Of a stretch of 64,000 bases of DNA, positions 9,001 to 16,955 are shown one piece after another. Made by a program: the position numbers and the translations under genes. Numbering within the stretch: position 1 is the first letter of the stretch; each line of letters starts with the position of its first letter. The notes beneath the pieces were generated by a model, which saw nothing but the letters and a program-made list of their open reading frames with translations, was not told where the DNA came from and made no database searches. The stretch lies in NCBI GenBank assembly GCA_035291225.1, contig DATDSO010000004.1, positions 41,298 to 105,297 of the forward strand, in the 5' to 3' direction. The DNA comes from an archaeon. GTDB lineage: Archaea; Aenigmatarchaeota; Aenigmatarchaeia; Aenigmatarchaeales; JACQIB01.

Positions 9001-9631
9001 CAGAGACACTGAATGGACTGAGGATGGAATAGAAAGTGGAAGCCGCGTTGTGAGCAAGCTGATTTCCATCGGAAAGAAAAAATTCGGCAGGGATGATTTG
9101 AAACTTCTAAATAAATTGCACAGAGCCATAATTTTTGTTGAAGAAAATTTGGAAAAGTTTCAATACAATTTTGCTTTGGTAAAGCTAAGTGATTTGCTTG
9201 GCAGATTTGAAAAAGCAGAATACAGCAAAAAATCTTTTGAAACTTTGCTTTTGCTTTTCAGCCCTTTCATGCCTCATATTTGCGAGGAGCTATGGCATAA
9301 GATTGGAAACAAAAGTTTTATTTCAGAAGAAATCTGGCCTGCGGCTGAAAAGAAATTTATCAGCGAGGAGCTTGAGCAGCAGGAGAAAGCTCTTGAAAAA
9401 ACAATAGAAGATGTGAGGCATATTCTGAAAATTGTTGGAAAATCTGCGAAGAAGATTTACATTTATGCAATACCAAAAGAAGTTGAAGTTTACAAAGAAA
9501 TGTCTAATGATTTGAAAAAAGAATTTTCCTGCGAGGTAAATGTTTTTGCTGTTAATGATCCGAAGAAATATGACCCGGAAAACAAATCCCAAAAGGCAAA
9601 GCCAGGCAAGCCTGGGATTTTGGTGGAGTAG
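6023..9631 (+). CDS. leuS: Leucine--tRNA ligase, bacterial type, with two large inserted domains
   Basis: - **Bacterial-type signatures:** the HMGH signature (PYPSGSGLHMGHTKNYVIGD), TTRPDTIFG at the start of the editing domain, and the anticodon-binding region KLRDWLISRQRYWGTPIP.
- **Length:** 1202 aa, against roughly 860 aa for typical bacterial-type LeuRS.
- **Extra segments:** at approximately residues 240-435 and 568-757. Confidence 0.9.
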   Translation: MDFIKIEKKWQAAWEKAKIFESSEKSKKKKFYCLEMFPYPSGSGLHMGHTKNYVIGDIFSRFKRMKGFNVLYPMGYDAFGLPAENAAIKAGVDPEKYTKEIIANFIKQQKAIGLSYDWPRTIATCEPEYYKWNQFFFLKFFERGLVYRKKAAVNWCPKCQTVLANEQVQGGVCWRHTDTQVEIKQLEQWFVKTTNYADELLEGIKELQWPERIKIMQENWIGKSFGTEIDFEIAHDREKKKILIGTRNKAKISMIKNAFASFPEIEFISLEDFPNLDDSALKEGNDFRENSHKKAEFYFKKTGIRTISTDQIQWVEKYPKENGFIVHVRKLANPNSPRASDEEVGKWIEEFVEKHGDSRANFHFAISYADENGIKDFVSIQKEYILQKEKSKKSNDGYAFDKYMKDSNTGEFRIEQPEHIAFSKFHDFVREEFVPSVFPNLKKWPIFTTRPDTIFGVTFMVVSAQHPRLMELVTQKQKIEVENFLKKIKSTSEKETEELNKEGAFTGSYAINPATGEKIPIYAGNFVIADYGSGMVMAVPAHDQRDFEFAKKYGLPIKRVISPSKQSCIIVHGSNSSEAAAKKGALENLRHWKPWLKKNLEKNGIKTSNELYPEDWLPDYDKWKSVFEKNTIDENTILVGHSAGTAFLLRWLSENKKKVNKLILVAPSVIKKNDKYLRLSKLKDFSYDSSLKNYFNKLVVFYSDSDAEHIIESAKQIHTRLGGDLVQIKGKGHFIYEDMGTEEFPELLEVILILNEAFTGDGVLVNSGNFSGMNNREAIEEITKYLESKNLGKKVVNYKLRDWLISRQRYWGTPIPIIYCGKCGIVPVPEKDLPILLPKDVKFGQGNPLLTSEKFVKTKCPKCKSPAKRETDTMDTFFDSSWYFLRYCDSKNSKVPFEKKKAEYWMPVDQYIGGAEHACMHLIYARFFTKVLRDMGMLKFGEPFPKLFNQGMLHKDGFVMSKSRGNVVSPDEVSKKYGIDAARFFLMFAAAPDRDTEWTEDGIESGSRVVSKLISIGKKKFGRDDLKLLNKLHRAIIFVEENLEKFQYNFALVKLSDLLGRFEKAEYSKKSFETLLLLFSPFMPHICEELWHKIGNKSFISEEIWPAAEKKFISEELEQQEKALEKTIEDVRHILKIVGKSAKKIYIYAIPKEVEVYKEMSNDLKKEFSCEVNVFAVNDPKKYDPENKSQKAKPGKPGILVE

Positions 9632-9634
9632 AAA

Positions 9635-10405
9635 TTAAGAGTGAAGCATCCACTCAGCAACTGGAGATTCAAAATACTTGTCTCTTGGAACAAAGCCAAC
9701 TTTTCTGAAAGCTTCTAATGCTGGAATATTTTGCTCGGCAACATAAACAAATACTTCAGATGCTCCTGATTCCTCAAACAAATATTTCGTAATTCCGTGT
9801 GCTGTAGATGTGGCATGCCCTCGGTTTCTTTTCTCTGGGTGCGTGAAAAGATTGTAAAGCCTGAAAATTTTGTTCAGTTCCATATTTACATTTATGAAAG
9901 AGGCTGCGCCATCATCTTCAAATGAAAAGACCGCAGGATTTTCTCTTGTGCTTCTGATTAAAGCCATTCTTCTTGCGTAGTCTGGATGATGGTGGAACAG
10001 CCTATCTGCCATTAAAATTTCGTCATCTGTTAGACTTCTGTAAGCTCTTGTCCTTTGTTTTGGTTCGTAATCAGAAACACTTTGCGCAACAAGCTCTTGT
10101 TTTATCAAGCCATCTGTATCTAGAACCTGTTTTGCGACATCAGCATATTGTGCTTGGACCGTGCACCTTAATCCGGGTTCTCTCACCCGTTCCAATAATT
10201 CTTTGCAAGCTTCTGAGTCAACTGCCATAACATGAACTCGGTTTCCCAATTCCGGACCCTGCCTCCAATAAGCCAGAACTCCAGTAACTTCCCCGCCTTT
10301 TTCTGAAGTGTGAATATCTACATCTCTTCTTCCGGCTAAATAGAGAAGTGGCATGTTAGCATGCTCGTCTCTACGCAAAAATCTCAAAGCCTTCTCGTTA
10401 GTCAT
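9635..10405 (-). CDS. GNAT-fold protein, compositionally atypical (GC-richer)
   Basis: The C-terminal part (HATSTAHGITKYLFEESGASEVFVYVAEQNIPALEAFRKVGF) looks like a GNAT core. Codon usage is visibly GC-richer (CGN Arg codons) than the flanking genes. Confidence 0.4.
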   Translation of the reverse strand: MTNEKALRFLRRDEHANMPLLYLAGRRDVDIHTSEKGGEVTGVLAYWRQGPELGNRVHVMAVDSEACKELLERVREPGLRCTVQAQYADVAKQVLDTDGLIKQELVAQSVSDYEPKQRTRAYRSLTDDEILMADRLFHHHPDYARRMALIRSTRENPAVFSFEDDGAASFINVNMELNKIFRLYNLFTHPEKRNRGHATSTAHGITKYLFEESGASEVFVYVAEQNIPALEAFRKVGFVPRDKYFESPVAEWMLHS

Positions 10406-10439
10406 AATAACTATTGAATAGAAAAGTATTAAAGGCTTT

Positions 10440-11237
10440 CTATTTTAGATTTTTCTTGAACCATTTTATTGTTTCTTCAAGAAAGATTTTTTTCTCCTTT
10501 GGGCTGCCATATAGATTGTGATCTGCGAATGGGACAATCTTTAACTTTTTCGGCTTGTTAGCGGCCTTGAATAAAGCTCTGACATTTTTAATGTCAACAT
10601 ACCTATCTTTCCCGCCGCTGATTATGAAAATCGGCTTCTTTATTTTCTTAATTTCTCTAGTCATGTTGAGCGATTTTATATCTTCTATAAGGAGCTTTCC
10701 TATTCTCTGTCTTCTAATATCAGTCGGTGTAAATCTTTTTACTGTCATAAAGCCGGTTTTCTCTAATTCTATTTTCCAATTTTCGCCGCAGTTTCTTGAA
10801 AAAACATATTGAGCATGCTTGTCTAATATTATGTATGGGCTTGTTAATTGAAATGCCTTTATTCTTTTATCAGCAAGAAGGATTGTCGGAGTCGCGCCAA
10901 AGCTTGTTGAGATTAAGCCTAAATTATTTTTATCTATATTTTGTTTTAGGAAAAAATCAATTGCATATTTTAGGTCATTGACTTCTTGCGCGACTCTGAC
11001 ATCAACATAGTCCCCATCAGACTCTCCATGGCCGCCAAAATCAAAACGAAAAACAGAAAATCCCGCGGAAAATAGTTTCTTTGCAAGAGAGTCATACAGC
11101 CCATATTCATGCTTATCTGTGCGGGGCATTAAGCCGTGAACTAAAATTATTGCCGGCGCGCGCTTTTTCTGCGAAGCAATAAGACCGCAGAGCTTCTGGC
11201 CTTTAGAATTTCTAAACCAAACTTTCTGCTCCTCCAC
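10440..11237 (-). CDS. Alpha/beta-fold hydrolase
   Basis: HG motif ILVHGLMPR, a nucleophile-elbow-like ISTSFGA, and a conserved Asp/His region near the C-terminus. Confidence 0.6.
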   Translation of the reverse strand: MEEQKVWFRNSKGQKLCGLIASQKKRAPAIILVHGLMPRTDKHEYGLYDSLAKKLFSAGFSVFRFDFGGHGESDGDYVDVRVAQEVNDLKYAIDFFLKQNIDKNNLGLISTSFGATPTILLADKRIKAFQLTSPYIILDKHAQYVFSRNCGENWKIELEKTGFMTVKRFTPTDIRRQRIGKLLIEDIKSLNMTREIKKIKKPIFIISGGKDRYVDIKNVRALFKAANKPKKLKIVPFADHNLYGSPKEKKIFLEETIKWFKKNLK

Positions 11238-11248
11238 AAATCTCAGCC

Positions 11249-12007
11249 CTAAATCTCCTCAGCAACATCCCACTGCTTGAGAAAAGTTTTCTTGAAATCT
11301 GTTTTCTTGTTCGCAAACCACTGGCCTGATTTTGAAATGTCAATTCCGTGCATGCTGTCGGAAACAATCATTTGCGGGCGGGCTTTTCCAAATTTAATTT
11401 CAACTCCAGCCTCCTGAAGTTTTTTTGCTTTTGAAATGTCAGCCTCGGCTGCAATAATTTTCACAATTGCGCCGCGCAGAGCTGCGCGCTTCAAAGCATC
11501 CTGCAGAACAAAATTTTCAAAAAGCTTTGGAGTGCTTACAAGAACTTCTGTCCGTGCAGCATCAATGACAAAAGTTGCGCGCTCCACAAAATCATCTGAG
11601 AAATTTTCAACAACTGTCTGCCCTTGCCAGACTCCGTCATTGAACTGTGAGAGCTTTGAGTAAAATCCCTCCAGCTCTGAGAATAATTGTTTCTTCTCCA
11701 AGAACTCGGCGGCATAATTTGCGAACAGCCGCGGGAACGGGTTTGAGCTGTGCGAGAGCCAGAAAAGTTTTCTCTTGGGCCCGAAGCCCTCGGACTCCAT
11801 GCTTTCCACAATTCCTTTTTTCTGCAGGCTGTACAAATATTTGTAAGCATTGGTTACGGAAATTTTCGCTGCCTGGGAAATCTGGTTTGCGTTGAAGCGG
11901 TCGCGTCGATTTTTTCTCAGTTGCAAAAGCGCGGAGAGAATTTTTATTTCAAGCTCATCAAACTGGCCGGTTTTTTCCAGAAGGGATGAAATTTGCTCTG
12001 TATTCAT
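11249..12007 (-). CDS. TrmB-like transcriptional regulator (winged helix)
   Basis: N-terminal wHTH (ISQAAKISVTNAYKYLYSLQKKGIV) with a longer C-terminal domain. The length fits the TrmB family. Confidence 0.45.
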   Translation of the reverse strand: MNTEQISSLLEKTGQFDELEIKILSALLQLRKNRRDRFNANQISQAAKISVTNAYKYLYSLQKKGIVESMESEGFGPKRKLFWLSHSSNPFPRLFANYAAEFLEKKQLFSELEGFYSKLSQFNDGVWQGQTVVENFSDDFVERATFVIDAARTEVLVSTPKLFENFVLQDALKRAALRGAIVKIIAAEADISKAKKLQEAGVEIKFGKARPQMIVSDSMHGIDISKSGQWFANKKTDFKKTFLKQWDVAEEI

Positions 12008-12169
12008 GTGAAAATAGTAGCAGAGCCAGTTTATATTTTTGATTATAATGGGGATTTTCGATGTGTTTAGAGATTTTCAAAAAACCAATCTGGTATATAA
12101 AATATTTACAACCAACTTCACATTTCAAATTTTTCAAATCTTTATAAACATTATTATTCAACTGCTCCC

Positions 12170-12805
12170 ATGCAAAAAGATGACTTCGTGAAAATTTCCT
12201 ACACTGGAAAGCTGAAAGAGGCGGGGCAGATTTTTGACAAGGCTGAAGGAGTGCAAATAATTGTTGGAGAGGGATTTGTGATTCCGGGAGTTGATGAGGC
12301 TTTGCTGGAAATGAAAGTTGGCGAGAAAAAAACTTTTGAGGTTGAGCCTGCAAAAGCTTTCGGGGATAGGAATCCGGATTTGCTGAAGCTTGTGCCAGAA
12401 TCTGAATTCAGAAAAAGGGACATTGAGCCGCGTGTTGGAATGCCTGTTGATGCGGACAATTTGCGCGGCAGGGTTATTTCAGTTGCGAGCGGAAGAGTTC
12501 GCGTGGATTTTAACCATCCGCTTGCCGGAAAAGTTTTGGTTTATGATTTAGAGGTAAAAGAAAAAATTGAAAAGCCTGAGGAAAAAATTTCCGGGCTTGT
12601 GAGTTTCTACAGCAAGCTTGAGCCGGAAAAAATTTCTGTTGCGCTCGCTGGGAAGGACGCGGAAATTACAGTGCCGCCTGTTATCCATCCTGCCTACAAA
12701 AAAAGAATTGCTGATGAGATTAGAAAATTCTTGGGATTTGAGCGGATAAAGTTCGTGGAAGTTTTTGACAAGGGAACTGGGGAGCAGCAGGGCTCGCTTG
12801 GGTAA
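12170..12805 (+). CDS. FKBP-type peptidyl-prolyl cis-trans isomerase (archaeal long type with IF and C-terminal domains)
   Basis: Motifs KISYTGKL...VIPGVDEALLEMKVGEKKTFEV, then VDFNHPLAGKVLVYDLEV, typical of archaeal SlyD-like FKBP. Confidence 0.85.
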   Translation: MQKDDFVKISYTGKLKEAGQIFDKAEGVQIIVGEGFVIPGVDEALLEMKVGEKKTFEVEPAKAFGDRNPDLLKLVPESEFRKRDIEPRVGMPVDADNLRGRVISVASGRVRVDFNHPLAGKVLVYDLEVKEKIEKPEEKISGLVSFYSKLEPEKISVALAGKDAEITVPPVIHPAYKKRIADEIRKFLGFERIKFVEVFDKGTGEQQGSLG

Positions 12806-12951
12806 ACCCAAGCTCGCGTAAGTTATGTGTTGAGAAAAATAATTTACAAAAATTTCTAGCAGGTGATTTTTCTTTTTACACAATTTATGGGAAGTTTTTC
12901 AAGTAATCGAAATTTCTCAATTATATTTTTTCATATAATTTCTCGCAAATG

Positions 12952-12958
12952 TTTATAA
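12952..12958 (+). promoter_or_regulatory. Putative TATA box upstream of ftsZ
   Basis: TTTATAA lies 33-39 bp upstream of the ftsZ ATG in an AT-rich intergenic region. Confidence 0.3.
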
Positions 12959-12990
12959 GAGAGCTGGGGAAATTTTCTTTGTGATTCTAA

Positions 12991-14103
12991 ATGGCAGCGC
13001 GCCCAACTCCATCTGAAAAAGGATATGACAAGCCAGAGAGAGCTGGAAGAGCAAGCCAAGATGATGAGGATTTGAGAAAACTTTTGGAAGCGAGAAGGGC
13101 TAACATAAAAGTTGTTGGAATCGGGGGCGCGGGCAACAACACAATTTCCAGAATGATGCAGGTCGGAGTTATCGGAGCAGAGGTTGTTGCTGTCAATACA
13201 GATGCGCAGGATTTATTGTATACAGATGCGGATAGAAAAGTTTTGGTTGGGAGAGAATTAACAAGAGGGCTTGGGGCAGGGGCGGACCCGCAGATTGGAA
13301 TGGAAGCTGCGAAAGAAAACAAAGATGATTTGAAAGAGGCATTAGCTGGCGCGGATTTAGTTTTTATTACTTGCGGGCTTGGTGGAGGAACTGGAACTGG
13401 AGCGAGCGGAGTTGTTGCAGAGGTTGCGAAAAAAGCCGGAGCAATTACTGTTGGAGTTGTAACTCTTCCTTTCACAATGGAAGGCTCACATAGAATGGAC
13501 AACGCAAGATTTGGATTTGACCAGCTGCAGAAAAATGCAGACACGCTTATTGTAATTCCAAATGACAAGCTTTTGGAAGTTGTGCCTGATGTTGGAATAA
13601 TGACTGCATTCAAAGTTGCGGATGAAATTTTAGTTAATGCTGTAAAGGGAATTACTGAATTGATTACAAAACCCGGACTGGTGAATTTGGATTTCGCGGA
13701 TGTGAGAACTGTAATGAGAGACGGCGGGCTTGCAATGATTGGAATGGGCGAGTCTGACTCTGACAAGCGCGCGCTTGAGGCTGTTGAGAAAGCTTTGAAC
13801 AATCCTTTGCTTGATGTGGATATTGATGGAGCAACTGGCGCGCTGATAAATGTTTCTGGCGGCTCTGATGTTACAATAAAAGAATGCCAGCAGGTTGTTG
13901 AGGCTGTCACAAGAAAATTGGACAAGGATGCGAAAACAATTTGGGGCGCAATGGTGAACAAGGAATTGGGCGATGTGGTTCGGGCAATGATTGTTGTTAC
14001 TGGAGTTAAGAAGAGTGATATTTTCAACGGGCATGTTTTGCCTTTTGATAAAAAGAAAGCTGCAGAGATTGAGAAGGTTTTGGGAATAGATTTTGTGGAA
14101 TAA
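12991..14103 (+). CDS. ftsZ: Cell division GTPase FtsZ
   Basis: Tubulin signature GGGTGTG (CGLGGGTGTGASGVVAEV) and the IKVVGIGGAGNN GTP-binding N-terminus. Confidence 0.95.
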   Translation: MAARPTPSEKGYDKPERAGRASQDDEDLRKLLEARRANIKVVGIGGAGNNTISRMMQVGVIGAEVVAVNTDAQDLLYTDADRKVLVGRELTRGLGAGADPQIGMEAAKENKDDLKEALAGADLVFITCGLGGGTGTGASGVVAEVAKKAGAITVGVVTLPFTMEGSHRMDNARFGFDQLQKNADTLIVIPNDKLLEVVPDVGIMTAFKVADEILVNAVKGITELITKPGLVNLDFADVRTVMRDGGLAMIGMGESDSDKRALEAVEKALNNPLLDVDIDGATGALINVSGGSDVTIKECQQVVEAVTRKLDKDAKTIWGAMVNKELGDVVRAMIVVTGVKKSDIFNGHVLPFDKKKAAEIEKVLGIDFVE

Positions 14104-14105
14104 TT

Positions 14106-14519
14106 TTATTTTTCAAGCAAGCTGGCTATTGAAGTTCTGAGATTTTTTATTCTATCTATAATTGTTTTGGACTCTTCAGCAGAAATTTCCTTTCCATAAT
14201 AATTCACAGAATTTCTGGCTCTTCTTATAAAATCAAATTCATCCCCCTTTGAGCTTTCTTTCATAATTTCTTTTAGGAATGCAGTATAGCACTCGTGGTT
14301 ATACACTTTGTAGCCTTTCTTGAGAGCAAGAGCTTCGAGCAGTTCTCTTAAAGAGTCGTAAGCAAGAGAGAGCTTTGAAACAGCGGTGACTTCGCTCATT
14401 TCTAATTTCATTTCGGATTTCAATTTATTTTCGCTGGACTTGATTAGAGATTTTATCATTCCAAAATCCGGCCTCACGGACTTTGACAAAAGTTTTCCGC
14501 AACACTCTTCCCAATCCAT
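14106..14519 (-). CDS. HEPN-domain protein (toxin partner of the adjacent MNT)
   Basis: Small all-helical protein with an R-x-x-x-R-N core near the C-terminus (IRRARNSVNY). It shares one nucleotide with the upstream MNT gene. Confidence 0.5.
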   Translation of the reverse strand: MDWEECCGKLLSKSVRPDFGMIKSLIKSSENKLKSEMKLEMSEVTAVSKLSLAYDSLRELLEALALKKGYKVYNHECYTAFLKEIMKESSKGDEFDFIRRARNSVNYYGKEISAEESKTIIDRIKNLRTSIASLLEK

Positions 14520-15028
14520 TATATCACTATCCTTCCAGCAAGCACGTATCCATTTAGTATGTTGCCTGCGAGCTCTTTGTTTTTTATTTTGCTTGCAGAC
14601 TCGAACCAGAATATCTGTATTTTTCTTTTCAATTTCTTTTCCAAATCTTTCTGGGGCATTTCTTTTTTACCTGAGAAAACCGCGATATCAATGTCAGAAT
14701 CCGGCTTGACTTCTGCTTTTGAGAGAGAGCCGAACAAAACTATTGTCGGGCTTGTTAATTTGCTTTCAAGCCTCTCAACAATCGGCTCCAGCTTGTGCGC
14801 CCAGTAAATCCTTGAAATATTTATGAAGTCTTGGCTCTCCTTGTTGGCGAAAAAAAATGTGTTGTTTCTTTGAACAGATTTCAGCAGAAGCCCTTCCTTG
14901 CTATAAGAGCTGAGGAGCTTTGAAGCTGTCGGCGGGGAAATCTTTTCCAATCTCGCATACTCTCTCACGCCTATCCTCCTGTAGCAGTCCTCAAAGAACG
15001 GCGCCAAAGTGTTAAATTTATTTAACAT
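14519..15028 (-). CDS. Minimal nucleotidyltransferase (MNT) with N-terminal HTH
   Basis: Nucleotidyltransferase motif LFGSLSKAEVKPDSDIDIAVF. The N-terminal roughly 60 aa look HTH-like. Confidence 0.75.
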   Translation of the reverse strand: MLNKFNTLAPFFEDCYRRIGVREYARLEKISPPTASKLLSSYSKEGLLLKSVQRNNTFFFANKESQDFINISRIYWAHKLEPIVERLESKLTSPTIVLFGSLSKAEVKPDSDIDIAVFSGKKEMPQKDLEKKLKRKIQIFWFESASKIKNKELAGNILNGYVLAGRIVI

Positions 15029-15035
15029 ATGTTAA
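15022..15035. promoter_or_regulatory. Perfect 14-bp palindrome TTAACATATGTTAA over the MNT start codon (putative autoregulatory operator)
   Basis: Read directly from the sequence. A second palindrome, TGTTAACA, lies 8 bp downstream. Confidence 0.4.
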
Positions 15036-15150
15036 ATATTGTTAACAGTTGTTTAAAAAGGCTTATGCGGGTGTATGTAGCCCAGACTTGCTCTCATATT
15101 TTTTCAAGCACGCCCGGAGATTTTTATAGAAAAGCAAAAGATAAAAAGGC

Positions 15151-16035
15151 TTATGGTTTTAGATTTCTTAATGCTTTAATTCTGTTTCGGATTCCGCTGA
15201 GCTCTTTTTCAAGTCCATCAAGCTCCTCCTGATATCTTGAACGATTCCAATCCTCATCGGTTTCAAAATTCTTAACAAGCTCGTCCGCACTTTGCCTGCT
15301 ACCCAGCACAGCACCCCAGCCGGAATCCCTGACAAACGGCCCCCAGCCGGACCTGAGGACCGGCCACCCGCGGCCCCCGAAAACCCAAACGAGAGCACCC
15401 GAACCATCAAAAGTTTCTTTCAAATGTTTTAAATTTGCTGGATAATGATGAGTATCTTCACTCGCGCCTGTAACTCCTCTCCAATCAGCTGTAATAATTT
15501 TTCCTGAAGTTGGAATATTTACCTGCACGACTTCTGCTTTGCTCGCATCCAAAGTTTCTCCAGAAACTTTAACATCTCCTCTATAAAGAACTGCATTTTT
15601 TCCTCTTTCTAATCTGTGGCCTCTTTTTCCTGGAGTTGAATCCATAAATTCTGCCCAAACCCAATATCGTTTCCATAAATCTGCATCTAAATTTCCTATT
15701 CTTTCGCGCATCTGCGCTTCTGAAACTTTACCAGAATATAAAAGCCTTTTGTTCATTCCATACGCGAGCAAAGAAGAATAGCCGTCTCCTCTGCCGGCTT
15801 TAAGAACATTATATATTTTGTTTAGCAATCTTGAATCATCAACAAGAACAACTCCCTTTGCCGGGTCCTGAACATATTCCTGCACTTCGAATCTGTTCAT
15901 GTGGAGCAATGCTATGCCTGCTTGAACAGGAAAAGGAACGTCAGGCACTTCAATATAAAATGGTCTTTGCTCTCCCATAACTATCAATTGGTAATGGAAG
16001 CAAAGATATTTAAAGCCATCGGCAGGTCTCGCCAA
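15151..16035 (-). CDS. Hypothetical protein, Gly/Trp-rich, compositionally atypical (GC-richer)
   Basis: Long ORF with no recognisable family. The GC content and Arg codon choice differ from the neighbouring genes. Confidence 0.4.
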   Translation of the reverse strand: MARPADGFKYLCFHYQLIVMGEQRPFYIEVPDVPFPVQAGIALLHMNRFEVQEYVQDPAKGVVLVDDSRLLNKIYNVLKAGRGDGYSSLLAYGMNKRLLYSGKVSEAQMRERIGNLDADLWKRYWVWAEFMDSTPGKRGHRLERGKNAVLYRGDVKVSGETLDASKAEVVQVNIPTSGKIITADWRGVTGASEDTHHYPANLKHLKETFDGSGALVWVFGGRGWPVLRSGWGPFVRDSGWGAVLGSRQSADELVKNFETDEDWNRSRYQEELDGLEKELSGIRNRIKALRNLKP

Positions 16036-16164
16036 AAGTAAATTTCAGCAAAAACTTTTCCTCTTCCAGTAATCTTTTTAAACATTACTTTCCAAACCAT
16101 TTCTGATTCTTATGGCAATAAAAATGCTGAACATTTTTATGACACAAAAATCCTGAAGATTTTT

Positions 16165-16413
16165 ATGGATTTCAAATCCTTAGTTTCGCCTGCGAAGTGG
16201 AAAGAGAGGCTGAGCCTTTACAGGAGAACAATTGATGTCGCGCGCAAGCCTGACAAGGAAGAGTTCATGAGCGCGGCAAAGATTACTGCGCTGGGAATCG
16301 CGCTCTTGGGAGTTGTAGGATTTTTGATTTTCCTTGTGTATGAATTTTCGCTTGGGCAGTTTATTTTAGAAGGGGCGGGAGAATTTGCTGGGGCTGCTGC
16401 AGGAGGAGTTTGA
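16165..16413 (+). CDS. secE: Preprotein translocase subunit SecE/Sec61-gamma
   Basis: 82 aa with a single C-terminal TM helix (ITALGIALLGVVGFLIFLVYEF). Lies in the conserved position upstream of spt5-L11. Confidence 0.75.
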   Translation: MDFKSLVSPAKWKERLSLYRRTIDVARKPDKEEFMSAAKITALGIALLGVVGFLIFLVYEFSLGQFILEGAGEFAGAAAGGV

Positions 16414-16478
16414 AAAACAAATTATGTGCTGGAGAAAAACATTCGCCATAAATACAAAAAATCAAAGTGTGATAAAAA

Positions 16479-16928
16479 ATGATATTCACAATACGCGCGA
16501 CAGTTGGAAGAGAAAATGCTGTGATGGAAACTATCGCAAGCAAAACAAAAAACATGCAGCTGCCGATAAAATCTATTTTCCATCCGGATGAGCTGAAGGG
16601 ATATTTGTTTGTAGAGGGGGAATTGCAGGCAATTGAGAAAGCCTCTGGAGGCGTGCCGCATATTCGCGGAATAATAAAAAAAGATGTGCCTTTGATAGAA
16701 ATCGCAAAATTTCTGCAAACAAGAAAAATTGAAATTAAATTGAACCGCGGGGATGTTGTTGAAGTCATGGGCGGGCCGTTCAAGAATGAGAAAGGAAGAG
16801 TCACAAGAGTTGATGAGGCGAAGGGGGAAATTACAATTGAACTTTTGGAGGCAGCGATTCCGATTCCAATTACTGTTGGTTTGGATTCTGTAAGAATTAT
16901 TTCAACTGCTGAAGGGGAGAAGAAGTAA
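16479..16928 (+). CDS. spt5: Transcription elongation factor Spt5 (NusG homologue)
   Basis: NGN domain followed by a KOW motif (GDVVEVMGGPFKNEKGRVTRVD). Conserved neighbourhood. Confidence 0.85.
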   Translation: MIFTIRATVGRENAVMETIASKTKNMQLPIKSIFHPDELKGYLFVEGELQAIEKASGGVPHIRGIIKKDVPLIEIAKFLQTRKIEIKLNRGDVVEVMGGPFKNEKGRVTRVDEAKGEITIELLEAAIPIPITVGLDSVRIISTAEGEKK

Positions 16929-16955
16929 TTTAAAGGTTTCGTGAGATGATTTTAT

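Noticed and set aside
12987-14027. 346-aa ORF antisense to ftsZ
   Set aside because: Ser/Thr/Ala-rich mirror translation of the ftsZ coding strand. No independent signals.
15029-15232. 67-aa plus-strand ORF starting at the palindromic operator
   Set aside because: It begins inside the TTAACATATGTTAA palindrome in what is the promoter or operator region of the MNT gene and partly overlaps the 15151-16035 gene antisense. Most likely not coding.
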